This document shows positions 9,554-18,848 of a stretch of DNA of 54,581 nucleotides, in pieces (the stretch's first letter is position 1; each line of letters begins with the position of its first letter). Source of the stretch: a virus. Taxonomy: Duplodnaviria; Caudoviricetes. The notes beneath the pieces are model-generated. The model saw nothing but the letters and a program-made list of their open reading frames with translations. It searched no databases and had not been told where the DNA came from. The DNA lies in IMG/VR virus record IMGVR_UViG_3300001765_000047, positions 1 to 54,581 of that record, one strand, 5' to 3'. A program made the position numbers and the translations under genes.

Positions 9554-10339
9554 ATGAACAAAACATGCTGAATTTACCTGATCACTTGCACAAAGCCCAA
9601 TGGGGATAAGGTGTTTTATGCGGGCCAATCGTGCGATTGCACACGCAGGCGGCAGGAGCACTTCGGGGCACTCAGAAGAGGTGATCACTACAACCAGAAA
9701 ATGCAGCGTGCATATACCAAATATGGCAAAGAATGCTTTACGTTTGAAGTTGTGGAACGCTGTGAAACTTGGGAGCTTGGTGATAGAGAGCGGCCATGGC
9801 TTGATAGATTTGCAGGAAAAGAAAATAGCTTCAATATTGCAAAAGACCCAGAAAAGACAGCACTCGGGCTGAAGCACAGTGATGAGACAAAAAAACTGAT
9901 GTCAATCTCAAAGACAGGCAAGAGGCATACAGACAAAACGAGACTCCTTATCGCCGAACTTCAGCGAGGGAAGAAGCGTGGCCCGTGTTCTGACGAGAGG
10001 AAAAGGAAAATTGGCGAGGCCCAAGTAGGCGAGAAGAATCATTCATTTGGCAAGACTGGGTTTTCGCACCATAGAAGCAAGCCAGTTATTGCGACAAAAA
10101 TTGACGACGGCTCGATCCGTGTTTTTGGCTCTTCATTTGACGCAGAGCGATCCGGATTCTCACAACCAAGCATATCCGGAGTCTGCAACGGCAAGTGGAA
10201 AACCCATCGTGGCCACTATTGGAGGTTTGCAACTGCCCAAGAGATTGCAGATCACAATCCGGAGACGCTTGCGATTGCGGCAGAAACCTCGTCCTTAAGC
10301 AAGGCTTGCGCTTTTTCAGATACCATCTTGACAATGTAG
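9554..10339 (+). pseudogene. GIY-YIG homing endonuclease with NUMOD3/NUMOD1-like DNA-binding repeats, interrupted by TGA at codon 6
   Basis: From ATG 9554: MNKTC*IYLITCTKPNGDKVFYAGQS..R..EH..L..G.HYN..MQRAYTKYG..F.FEVVE. TGA 9569-9571 replaces the G of GIY and is in frame with track ORF 9611..10339. KHSDETKKLMS and RHTDKTR repeats follow. Confidence 0.8.
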
Positions 10340-11073
10340 CGACCGGGCTGCGCTGGTGCAATCCAACCAGAAGAACCCTCCATCATTACCCTGAAGGTCA
10401 TGTATTTTGAAGATTGCGTGGCCCCGGGCAGGTTTGTCCTGAACGCCACCATTCCGTTTAACCTGCGCTTTTGTTGATCGGACAAGCCATTCATCCCAGA
10501 AGTGTCCAGACGCGAACCCCAGTTGTAATTTCTTGCCGCAACGCGGTTTAGCTGTTGAGTTTTTGGGTTGTAAGCCCCAACCTGATTGTTTCGGAACGAA
10601 ATCGATTTGACGCTGCTGGCCTGAAAGTTATCCCGATTTACCACCTGCTTGTAAACCGACATCGGCATATCGCTTCCGAGTGCGATTGCGCCAGGAGTCT
10701 GAACCCTGAATGGAATAATCATGTAACGCTTGCCAGCGTTCTTGCCATTCTTGACAACCCGCGTCTTCAGCGAGGTGTCGAGCATCCTTTTCATGTCGCG
10801 CGACGGGATGCCAGTCTCAATCGGCGTAGCCATCGGGTCATCAGAGTAGATGCGCGCCCCCATGCCGTCCGGGTCAAACTTGATATTGATGCTGGCCGCG
10901 TACCGGTCTTTTATCGGTGTCCATAGGCCGGGGGTCTGGTTGATGACTTCCTTCCAGGCCGTATAGGCGGTCATGGCCGTGGTCTGAACCGCCTGCTTGA
11001 TGGCCGTCTCAAGCTGGAGGTTCAGCCCCTTGATCAGGGACGCGGCATCGAAGGAAACGTTGTAGCTTGCCAT
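10252..11073 (-). CDS. Neck/head-completion protein, 273 aa
   Basis: DMK..L..RYMIIPFR..YMTFRVM..SGWI.P motifs; coupled to the upstream neck genes; 3' end overlaps the GIY-YIG gene by 88 nt. Confidence 0.6.
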   Translation of the reverse strand: MASYNVSFDAASLIKGLNLQLETAIKQAVQTTAMTAYTAWKEVINQTPGLWTPIKDRYAASINIKFDPDGMGARIYSDDPMATPIETGIPSRDMKRMLDTSLKTRVVKNGKNAGKRYMIIPFRVQTPGAIALGSDMPMSVYKQVVNRDNFQASSVKSISFRNNQVGAYNPKTQQLNRVAARNYNWGSRLDTSGMNGLSDQQKRRLNGMVAFRTNLPGATQSSKYMTFRVMMEGSSGWIAPAQPGRYIVKMVSEKAQALLKDEVSAAIASVSGL

Positions 11074-11699
11074 TACCTGCCAAACAAATCAAATCGTCTC
11101 AACTGCACCCGCAGCGGCAGCTTGGCACCGAAGTGGTGACCCCGGTCAGCCGGGAAATCCTGAAAGACGAAAAACTCGCTGTACTTTTTGCCGGTCACCG
11201 AGTAGGCCGCACCGGACGGTGGCGCACCCGTGGTGAACAGCAGTCTGCCGTCTGGCTGCTGCGCCGGGATGCCGCCCTCAACCAGGGCAGCACCAGCAAT
11301 CCAGAATACCCGGTCAATCTTCTTGGCCGTCCAGGGCAGTCGGTCGTTGAAGCCATGACGCAGGTTGATCGAAAACGGATCGTCGCCGTTCAACTGCATC
11401 ACCCGGTCGCGCTCGCCCATAGCGTAGAGGGGAGAGTCGCTACCAACAGTCAGCATCATGTCGCCACTTTCCCACTGGCCGAACTTGGCGAACTCGCGCT
11501 GCACTTTTTGGCTCGGGACTCCAGCAATTCCGGTCACCGCCGTTGTCCATAGAAAACCCTTGCCGTGGCAATGCGGGCAGTCTGGCTTGGGGGAGTTGGT
11601 GGCCGGGTTGACACAGGGGCAGACATACGATTTTCGCCATGCGAAATTCTGGCCTACAAAATTTAAGAGGCCATTGAAGGCGTTAGGATCGAGTTGCAT
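11073..11699 (-). CDS. Neck/head-closure protein with Cys motif, 208 aa
   Basis: W.KSYVCPC..DCPHCHGKGF..G..DR pattern seen in SPO1/Twort-type neck proteins. Confidence 0.65.
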   Translation of the reverse strand: MQLDPNAFNGLLNFVGQNFAWRKSYVCPCVNPATNSPKPDCPHCHGKGFLWTTAVTGIAGVPSQKVQREFAKFGQWESGDMMLTVGSDSPLYAMGERDRVMQLNGDDPFSINLRHGFNDRLPWTAKKIDRVFWIAGAALVEGGIPAQQPDGRLLFTTGAPPSGAAYSVTGKKYSEFFVFQDFPADRGHHFGAKLPLRVQLRRFDLFGR

Positions 11700-12772
11700 C
11701 AGAGCACCATCAGAGGAACGCCGTGGATGCGCTGGCGCAGCGTATCGAGCAGCTTGTCCACCCCGGCCTGAAGCTTGTCGAGGTCTGGGGCACTTTTGCT
11801 TTGACTCAGACCATCGGCACTGATCGAGGTGGATGCCGACAGCATGGCATCGTTCATCATGCGCAGGGCAGCAATGCGCTGCACAACATCAAGCAGGTCT
11901 GGGTAGTCCGCTGCGGCATTTTTAAGCCCCGCCGTGTAGCGCACCTCGATGAACTGCGGCACGCCCTGCATCCCCATGGCCCCAATCATCACCCCGCCAA
12001 CCGGCGTATTGAATCCATTGCCAGCCGGGAAAAAACGGATATGACCATACTTCTTGTCGATCTTGATCCACTTTTCAGGAACTGAGAAGATGGCCCCGAC
12101 CGACGGGTAAGCATATTTGATCGACTCCAGGGTGATGACCGGCCTCTGGCGCAGCTTCAGGAACGTCCAGCCGCCAGGCTGAATCATGTCCTGCTCGTAG
12201 TCGTACCCAGGATCAACCGCCCAGGGCGCGCCAGCAAGCGCATCAATCTCGGCCTGCGTCGGGTCATTCGGGAACAGCACCGTCGGTCGCAGGAAAACGT
12301 GCAGTTCGCGCTGCGCATCGGACTCTGCCGCAAGCAACTTTGCCCAGATATAGTCGTCCGAGACACTGCCGCCCAAGTAGGGCTGGACGTTGCGCAGTCG
12401 CTCGGCCCGGAACCGGCTGACCGATACCGCGCGCTGGAACAAAGCACTCTCGTCGGTTGAGGATGCATCGACCTCGACGTAAGTGATCCAGTTGCGCGAT
12501 GCCCCGCCAATAGTGACAACCACGACGATGGCGCATTGAGGCGCTGTCACCAGGGTTGTCTCAAGCGCCGGAATGTCTGCCACCACCACACCAAGGCTCC
12601 AGTTCGCGCCAATCGCCGTCGAGAGCATCGGGATGACACTGGACAAAGGGGTTACCCCGTCCGCCGAATACAGACGCGCTGTGACTGTGGCGTTGTCCGG
12701 GACAGTGATGATTTCTTGGCCTGACTTTAGCGCCAGGGTGAATGTGAGTTGCCTACCGGCTTTGATTGCCAT
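11699..12772 (-). CDS. Head-tail adaptor/neck protein, 357 aa
   Basis: SDDYIW..L.AAE..L, LRQRPV, PQFIEVRYTAG and SISADGLSQS motifs of adaptor proteins. Confidence 0.7.
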   Translation of the reverse strand: MAIKAGRQLTFTLALKSGQEIITVPDNATVTARLYSADGVTPLSSVIPMLSTAIGANWSLGVVVADIPALETTLVTAPQCAIVVVVTIGGASRNWITYVEVDASSTDESALFQRAVSVSRFRAERLRNVQPYLGGSVSDDYIWAKLLAAESDAQRELHVFLRPTVLFPNDPTQAEIDALAGAPWAVDPGYDYEQDMIQPGGWTFLKLRQRPVITLESIKYAYPSVGAIFSVPEKWIKIDKKYGHIRFFPAGNGFNTPVGGVMIGAMGMQGVPQFIEVRYTAGLKNAAADYPDLLDVVQRIAALRMMNDAMLSASTSISADGLSQSKSAPDLDKLQAGVDKLLDTLRQRIHGVPLMVL

Positions 12773-12845
12773 GCCAAAATCCTTTTTAATTACATTTCAA
12801 GCGGTTGATGCCGCGTCTCACTCAAGTATTGCTTGACGCATGGGG

Positions 12846-13070
12846 TTATGCCAGGGTTAGTGTGTTTGAACGAATCACGCCATCACTGCCCATGACCTTG
12901 ATCACCAGGGAGGAGTTGGATGTGAGCTGAAAAACCATGTTTCCGGGTTGTGTCGGTGTGGCGCTGGCGGTGGGTTCGATGACAAGCGCACTCGGGTCTT
13001 GAAAGGCCATGCGACCCAATAAACCGTTAACAGGCACTTGGTTAGGTGATTTTCCGATGAGATTTGACAT
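12846..13070 (-). CDS. Small fibre-associated protein, 74 aa
   Basis: LIGKSPNQVPVNGLLGRMAFQD, a motif recurrent in phage fibre proteins; last gene of the fibre cluster. Confidence 0.55.
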   Translation of the reverse strand: MSNLIGKSPNQVPVNGLLGRMAFQDPSALVIEPTASATPTQPGNMVFQLTSNSSLVIKVMGSDGVIRSNTLTLA

Positions 13071-13076
13071 GATGTT

Positions 13077-14270
13077 TTACGTTGTGGTGAGAGCTTGCAG
13101 GTTGGCCGCAGACAGGGCTTTAGGGTAGTAGGCTATGCGCATATACGCTCCCGCCCCAAGAGTCAGTGCAGTGGCTGCATTGGTACTGCTGTAGGTCACT
13201 GTGTAGCCGGTAGTTGTGCTGGCAGTAGAAGTGATGATTGCGGTGTTCGCTGTGAGCACGTTAGCCCCGGAGGTCACATTTGCCAACGCATAGAAGGTGC
13301 CACCTGATGTGTTGAACCAGTCGCTGAAATTGGTGCCCGTGATGCTGACAGCATCAGCGTTGCGGGTTACTTGGGCTGTGGTTGTTGGGATGTACGAGCT
13401 TGGAGTAGTAACGCCAGCTTCAAGCATTCCACCCCACACATAGCCATATTCCGACCCGATAGATGCAGGGGTTCCCCAATAGGCAGGAACGATGCGAGCG
13501 CCTGTCGTGTCGCTGCCAGTAAGCATGTTTGAGGCTGCCCACACACGAAACCAACCGTTGCCAACAGATACCATTCCAGCGGTAGTCCCGGCAACACTAC
13601 CATTATTTGTGATGCCTATAATTAGTCTGGTATCATAGTCAAATGACACAGAGGCATACGAGCTAACACCAAGCCGGGAGTACAGCAGTAGTCTGCCTGT
13701 TGACTGTGTTCCTCTTTTTACAAACCACGAAGCGCAGTACACGGTATTATCTGCTCCGAACGAACCCACTCGGCCAATGTATGTGGCGTTTGTTGCTGTA
13801 TCTGTACTTACGTGTTTGTCAGCCGTTAACGTACCATCAGGGGCCGTTATTGCGTTTGGGGTTATTGTTGAAGCAGACCTTTTTGTCCAGTATGAATTAT
13901 CAAATTGTTCTGAGTATGAAAACAAGTTCGTACTTGCTGATTCAATTAAAAGTCCGTTGCATTCAAGTGTTACCGGATCAAAATCAATGCGCGCAACACC
14001 CGAGGGCACTGTCTCAATAAATCCTTTTTTATTACATCTAGTAGCGATGCTGGCACGAGTGAATGTGATGCGCGGGTCAATTGATTGCGAATTAGCAAAG
14101 TCTAAATTTAATATATGGCTAATAGATGGAAGATTATTGGTTGTAATAGCAATAGCTTCATTGCTAAATGAAGGATTAGTATTAAGAACAACACTACCTG
14201 TCCCTGTTGAGCTAAATGCTCCTGACAGATTGCCTATACTAGACACATTGGGTGAGGTATTTAATCCCAT
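13077..14270 (-). CDS. Head-spike/fibre domain protein, 397 aa
   Basis: LNLDF..ITFTRAS..RIDFDPVT..GLLIE..TNL..YSEQF..W; GNGWFR; SSYIPTT..VTR.AD. Confidence 0.7.
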   Translation of the reverse strand: MGLNTSPNVSSIGNLSGAFSSTGTGSVVLNTNPSFSNEAIAITTNNLPSISHILNLDFANSQSIDPRITFTRASIATRCNKKGFIETVPSGVARIDFDPVTLECNGLLIESASTNLFSYSEQFDNSYWTKRSASTITPNAITAPDGTLTADKHVSTDTATNATYIGRVGSFGADNTVYCASWFVKRGTQSTGRLLLYSRLGVSSYASVSFDYDTRLIIGITNNGSVAGTTAGMVSVGNGWFRVWAASNMLTGSDTTGARIVPAYWGTPASIGSEYGYVWGGMLEAGVTTPSSYIPTTTAQVTRNADAVSITGTNFSDWFNTSGGTFYALANVTSGANVLTANTAIITSTASTTTGYTVTYSSTNAATALTLGAGAYMRIAYYPKALSAANLQALTTT

Positions 14271-14278
14271 ATTGATTC

Positions 14279-15283
14279 CTATTTATACTGTGTATCAAAC
14301 CAGCAGTCAGCTGCACCTAGGGTCTTAGTAGGGCCAGTTGATGAATTTGCTATTACGATACCCGCTGCAAAATATCTACCATACTCGCCTAAGTCTAAGG
14401 AGAAATTACTAAGAGCAGCGACATAGAATGTTATCTTCGGGGCTGCAGCATCGGCTGGTACTGTGGCTGAATCATGAATTTGGATAAATTGGCTAGTAGC
14501 TTTTGAATTAAACCCATTTACCATATACAGCACACCGGCAGAAGCTTTAATAATCAAACTAGAAGCATACGCAGTAGTTGTTGCGTTTGTTAGCGCATTA
14601 GCTACTGCACCATTTGGCACCTCAGTAGTTAGCCAAGGTGTAGTATTTACAGTGTTTCCAGGCTGTACCGTCCATGTACCAGACTGCGTAGATGCAAATG
14701 TGGTATTGGTGATAGAGCCAATTGCATTAGCGCCAGCCGGTAATGCAGTATCAATTGTGGCTGATGCCCACAATCTACCAATAGAGTTAACTCGGAACCT
14801 TGTGTAATCGCCATCAGCAGGGGTTAACGTAGTTAGCGCGTCATCTCTAATTGCAAGGATAGCTACACCGGTATCCGTCCCACCTGCTGCGGAATCAGTT
14901 TGTTTACCTAAATTAGTGGCTCCAATCCCAGGGACAACTGACAGCACATCGACATCACCGATGTTATTACTACCAGCCGGTAATGCAGGCAATGTAGTAA
15001 TTGACCCGATATTCCAAGTGCCGGACTGAGCAGCTTGAACAGCAAACGTGCCAGCATTGGATACTGGCTGTGTTGCCTGCCAGAATGTACCGGTTACGCC
15101 ATGTGTCGGTACTGAAGCTATAGATACCGGCTGTGTGGCTTGATAAAATGCGCCACTAACAGGCTGCGTAGCCTGCCAGAATGTACCACTTACAGGGATA
15201 CTAGATTGATTAGAAGCAATAGCTACTGGCGAAGAATTCGCCATAGTATTCTGACCGTTTGGATTTGAGGGTGTATAAGCCAT
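14279..15283 (-). CDS. Virion fibre/structural protein with G(T/A)F(W/Y)QATQPVS repeats, 334 aa
   Basis: Three QATQPVS repeats and two QSGTW repeats; Ser/Thr/Ala-rich; coupled within the fibre cluster. Confidence 0.6.
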   Translation of the reverse strand: MAYTPSNPNGQNTMANSSPVAIASNQSSIPVSGTFWQATQPVSGAFYQATQPVSIASVPTHGVTGTFWQATQPVSNAGTFAVQAAQSGTWNIGSITTLPALPAGSNNIGDVDVLSVVPGIGATNLGKQTDSAAGGTDTGVAILAIRDDALTTLTPADGDYTRFRVNSIGRLWASATIDTALPAGANAIGSITNTTFASTQSGTWTVQPGNTVNTTPWLTTEVPNGAVANALTNATTTAYASSLIIKASAGVLYMVNGFNSKATSQFIQIHDSATVPADAAAPKITFYVAALSNFSLDLGEYGRYFAAGIVIANSSTGPTKTLGAADCWFDTQYK

Positions 15284-16485
15284 TAAATAATATTCCAGTT
15301 AGCGTTATCGGAAACTAAACTGATGGCTTCATACTGTCTAACAATCGCTATTGTTGTACTTCCATCTATAGTCTGTGCTGATGTTGTATTTATATTCAGA
15401 GTATTACTTGCAGCAGTCTTCTTTATCTTATATATCGCAGTATTTCCTACAGCAGTAGGCAATGTAACAGTTATAGTATTGCTAGTGGTATTGGCTAAAA
15501 TAATAGTCATACCCTTAGTTGCAACACCCGTATAAGCAGCTGCTGATTGATTGATTACTACAGGCGCTAGCATAAATCCAGTAGAATCTATACCGTCTAA
15601 TAGACCAGCATTGAGGTTAGTTACTAAGGTAGTTGATGCAACTGCTAATGGTGCTGTACCTGTAGATACTGTAGAAGCAAATGTATTGCCTGTAATATTC
15701 TTTGCAATGAAATTCTCATATCCAGTGCCAGGATTATTATATATTGCAATTCTTCCACTAACTTCCATTGCAATACTAGAAGCGACCTTACCACTCCAGT
15801 GAAAAGCTAATCTTGGAGCATAAGCAATAGCACCTCCAGCGGCACCTGCCAGTGTAGCTTCACGAATTTGAATAGCCTTATCATAACCTGTACCGGATAC
15901 GCTAGACGCAATATAAGAGCCACTTCCGCCGTAGTGATTAGTGGCTGTGGTTGCAGTAGCTGCAGCACCTGCGCTATTAGCGTATCTAGACCAGTCTACC
16001 TTAACGCCGTAGGTGTTAGAACCGCTCCAACCCATCAAAACAATAGCTTGCCCCCAACTATTTGCAACAGTGTCATACTGAACTGGAAAGTTTGGAGTAA
16101 ACCTATCTACAGTAGTTCCGGTTGGAGAAGTCCCAGCAGAGGCATCAAACAGCGTGTGGCTATTTCCATAGTTTTTCCACATTAACTGCCCTGCAACTAC
16201 TCCATCTGTTACACCTTTGTAATTAGCTCTGGTTGTTGAAAGGACAGTAGCGGTGCCAGCATTGCCAGTAATAGTAGTTTGATCGCCAGTGTTGGTGCCA
16301 CTACAAGTACCAGAACCAGATGGTACAGCATCTTTGCGGGCGAACTCAACAACCACGCCCGCTGCTGTTTTGGTAAACAGTCTGCCGTCTGTGCTGTTGA
16401 TCGCCAGCTCCCTGGGCGAGATGGCCGCAGCGGCTGGCACCACCCCCGTGGTGGCAGAATGCTTATGCAGCAATAGATTTGCCAT
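15283..16485 (-). CDS. Fibre protein with Mtd/hyaluronidase-type N-terminal domain, 400 aa
   Basis: N-terminus KHSATTGVVP..RELAINSTDGRLF; SGTNTGDQ and NLNAGLLDG shaft motifs; C-terminal TVTLPTA..TIDG..W domain. Confidence 0.65.
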   Translation of the reverse strand: MANLLLHKHSATTGVVPAAAAISPRELAINSTDGRLFTKTAAGVVVEFARKDAVPSGSGTCSGTNTGDQTTITGNAGTATVLSTTRANYKGVTDGVVAGQLMWKNYGNSHTLFDASAGTSPTGTTVDRFTPNFPVQYDTVANSWGQAIVLMGWSGSNTYGVKVDWSRYANSAGAAATATTATNHYGGSGSYIASSVSGTGYDKAIQIREATLAGAAGGAIAYAPRLAFHWSGKVASSIAMEVSGRIAIYNNPGTGYENFIAKNITGNTFASTVSTGTAPLAVASTTLVTNLNAGLLDGIDSTGFMLAPVVINQSAAAYTGVATKGMTIILANTTSNTITVTLPTAVGNTAIYKIKKTAASNTLNINTTSAQTIDGSTTIAIVRQYEAISLVSDNANWNII

Positions 16486-16487
16486 GT

Positions 16488-18818
16488 TTAGAATGTCCCG
16501 CCGTCAAGGGTGCTGGCGTTGTTCAAAAAGTCCGTGCCAGCAGTAGCTGCAACATAAGAGGTGCCTGATTTTTTCAGGATACTGCCATCCAAATAACCGC
16601 TGGTGGATACGCCCAGGCCACCGCACGCGATAGAGGCGATGCCTGTGATGTTTGACGCAGTACCTGTGCTGTTTTGATTGAGCGTGGGGAATGCGCAGTT
16701 TGCCAGATTGCCTGATGCGGGTGTCCCCAAAGCTGGCGCTACCAGTGTTTTGTTGCTAAGTGTCTGCGTTGCCGTATCAATGACCACGGTGCCCGATGTG
16801 ACTGCGGGCAAGGTGTGTTGTTGCGAAGTGCTTGGCCCCACGGTTGTAGCCACCACAATGGCACAGTACAGCGATGCCCAGCGTTTTGCCACTTCACCAA
16901 GCGCCATGTAATTGTCAACAGTGGGCGTTAGCTTGTTGCCGTGCAGCGCCATTCTTGTGACTGTATTGATCGACGTGCTTGCACTTTCGCCATTTCCTCG
17001 CACCCGAAACTCCATCCGTGTGCCTGCGGTAGCGTCCGTCAGGGCTTCGTTGCTGAGGCACGAGATACTTGCCACGACCCTGTAAGCCAACGAACTCGAA
17101 TAGCCCTGAAACGACATTGTTCCTGAACAACTATCTACAGACAAAGCCGTCGGCGCTACGGAGGTGCCCTCGGCTTTTCTGAATGCCAAATTAGCTGTTT
17201 CTGCGGCTGTGGAGTAACAATCGAAGACAATCCGATTTGAATTGCTGTCCATGCCGCAAATATGCAGAGCAGCAGCAGAATCATTGAGCGTTGTTACAGC
17301 ACCACTTTTGTTGATGGTCACAAGCCCCGTAAACGTGGGCGCTGCGGTGTTGGCCTTGGCCGACCATGTGGACTTTTCGGCATCCGTCACAAAGCGATTG
17401 CTGGCATCTTGCGTGATGATAGCCGGAGGATGATTGGCAGGGTGTGTGTAGTTGGTAGCTGATGTTGCTATGCCGTCGAGCTTGGTTTTATCTGCTGCGG
17501 TCATCACACCAGCAAGGCCGGTGGTCGCTGCACTTAATGTAGCGCCTGTGCCGGTGCTCGATGTAATGGGCACGGTCGTGGTGGTCTTTGTGCCCTCTGC
17601 CAGATTAACCGCATTGGCGGATAACACGCCTGCGGCAATGGACAGGTTTGTGCCGACCATCACGCCCCCGAGTACGCCTGCCGTGGCCGTACCCAAGCTC
17701 AAGGTGTTGCCGTTTTTGGCAAGCCCGGTGCCTGCCGATATTTGTCCTGCTCCGCTGAATTGCTGGAACGTAATGCCTGTAGTGCCCAGTGTGCCAGATG
17801 CGCTGACGGTGCAGACAAAGCCCATATCGTTGTTGACGGTGCCCTCTTCAGCAAACACATAAGCTGCTGGAAACTTCGCCCAGGTATTAGCATCTAGCGC
17901 ACGGGTGGGCACACCTGTTGCGTTGACTGTGTAGATGCCGTTTTCTGCTGGGGCGGCCTGGTTTTTGATCAGGATGCGGTTCCCGGTAGCCAGCGTCACG
18001 CCGTCGATGACCTGTCCATTGGCAAAGCTGGTAGCCAGCGTGCCTGCTGCGGTGGTGACAACACGCACCGAGCCTTTAGGGTCTAGCCCCTGGGCGATGG
18101 TGTCCACATAGCCCATTGTTGCCGCATCAGTAGATGCAATAGGTGTAGCCAGCCCCGTGATGCGCTGGTTATTCATCGCCACAGCACCAACTGGCAGGTT
18201 GAGCGCATTAAGCGTGGGCATGGCGTGAACGTGATCCCCCCTGGAGGCCACAGTGGCCACACCTACAGCCGATACGCCCAGCGCGGTGGTCGCTGCGCTG
18301 GTTAATGCAGCAGCACCAGAGGACACGCCCAACAGCGTCAAGGCTTGCGCGACGGTCAGGTCTTCAGGCGCGCCCGTTCCAGCAGAGGTGCGAGCCTTAA
18401 ATGTCTGTGTGGCCACGGTGACTAAATGGGCATTGCTGACAACGCCGGTAGCAATCGCGGTCGCGCCGTCGCCGGTGCTTGTAACGTGGCCGCTGTGGTT
18501 GGGGTGCGTGTAGGCGTTGGCCCCTGTGGCGATGCCGTTGAGCTTGGTTTTATCTGTGCCAGACATAAAGCCGGATGCTCCGGCGGCAATAACATCGGCG
18601 TGTTGTGTGCCACCTGACCCTACGTGCGCTACCGGTGTAAACGCACCTTCTCCGGCAATTGCCAGCGCGTTTGTGCCTGTGCCAAATTCATCCCCGCCTA
18701 AACCGTAATAGAGAATTTTTGACTGCTCGTTAAATGCCAACTCGGCATTTGCCATAGATGCCGGTGCGCCTGCGCCACCTCCTGTGAGCCTGCGTTTGAT
18801 GCGGATTTTGTTTGCCAT
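16488..18818 (-). CDS. Long fibre protein, 776 aa
   Basis: N-terminus IRIKRR..AP..AELAFNE..LYYG; two DKTKL.GIA..YTHP repeats; IDGVTL..RILIKNQ..ENGIY domain; C-terminal LDGGTF. Confidence 0.7.
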   Translation of the reverse strand: MANKIRIKRRLTGGGAGAPASMANAELAFNEQSKILYYGLGGDEFGTGTNALAIAGEGAFTPVAHVGSGGTQHADVIAAGASGFMSGTDKTKLNGIATGANAYTHPNHSGHVTSTGDGATAIATGVVSNAHLVTVATQTFKARTSAGTGAPEDLTVAQALTLLGVSSGAAALTSAATTALGVSAVGVATVASRGDHVHAMPTLNALNLPVGAVAMNNQRITGLATPIASTDAATMGYVDTIAQGLDPKGSVRVVTTAAGTLATSFANGQVIDGVTLATGNRILIKNQAAPAENGIYTVNATGVPTRALDANTWAKFPAAYVFAEEGTVNNDMGFVCTVSASGTLGTTGITFQQFSGAGQISAGTGLAKNGNTLSLGTATAGVLGGVMVGTNLSIAAGVLSANAVNLAEGTKTTTTVPITSSTGTGATLSAATTGLAGVMTAADKTKLDGIATSATNYTHPANHPPAIITQDASNRFVTDAEKSTWSAKANTAAPTFTGLVTINKSGAVTTLNDSAAALHICGMDSNSNRIVFDCYSTAAETANLAFRKAEGTSVAPTALSVDSCSGTMSFQGYSSSLAYRVVASISCLSNEALTDATAGTRMEFRVRGNGESASTSINTVTRMALHGNKLTPTVDNYMALGEVAKRWASLYCAIVVATTVGPSTSQQHTLPAVTSGTVVIDTATQTLSNKTLVAPALGTPASGNLANCAFPTLNQNSTGTASNITGIASIACGGLGVSTSGYLDGSILKKSGTSYVAATAGTDFLNNASTLDGGTF

Positions 18819-18848
18819 AATGATTCCAAAAGTTAAAGGGTTAAAGGG

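Noticed and set aside
9569-9571. TGA read as Gly (alternative genetic code)
   Set aside because: TGA ends many genes here at sensible, coupled positions (e.g. 1128, 5731, 8347, 28417), so a point mutation or sequencing error is more likely.
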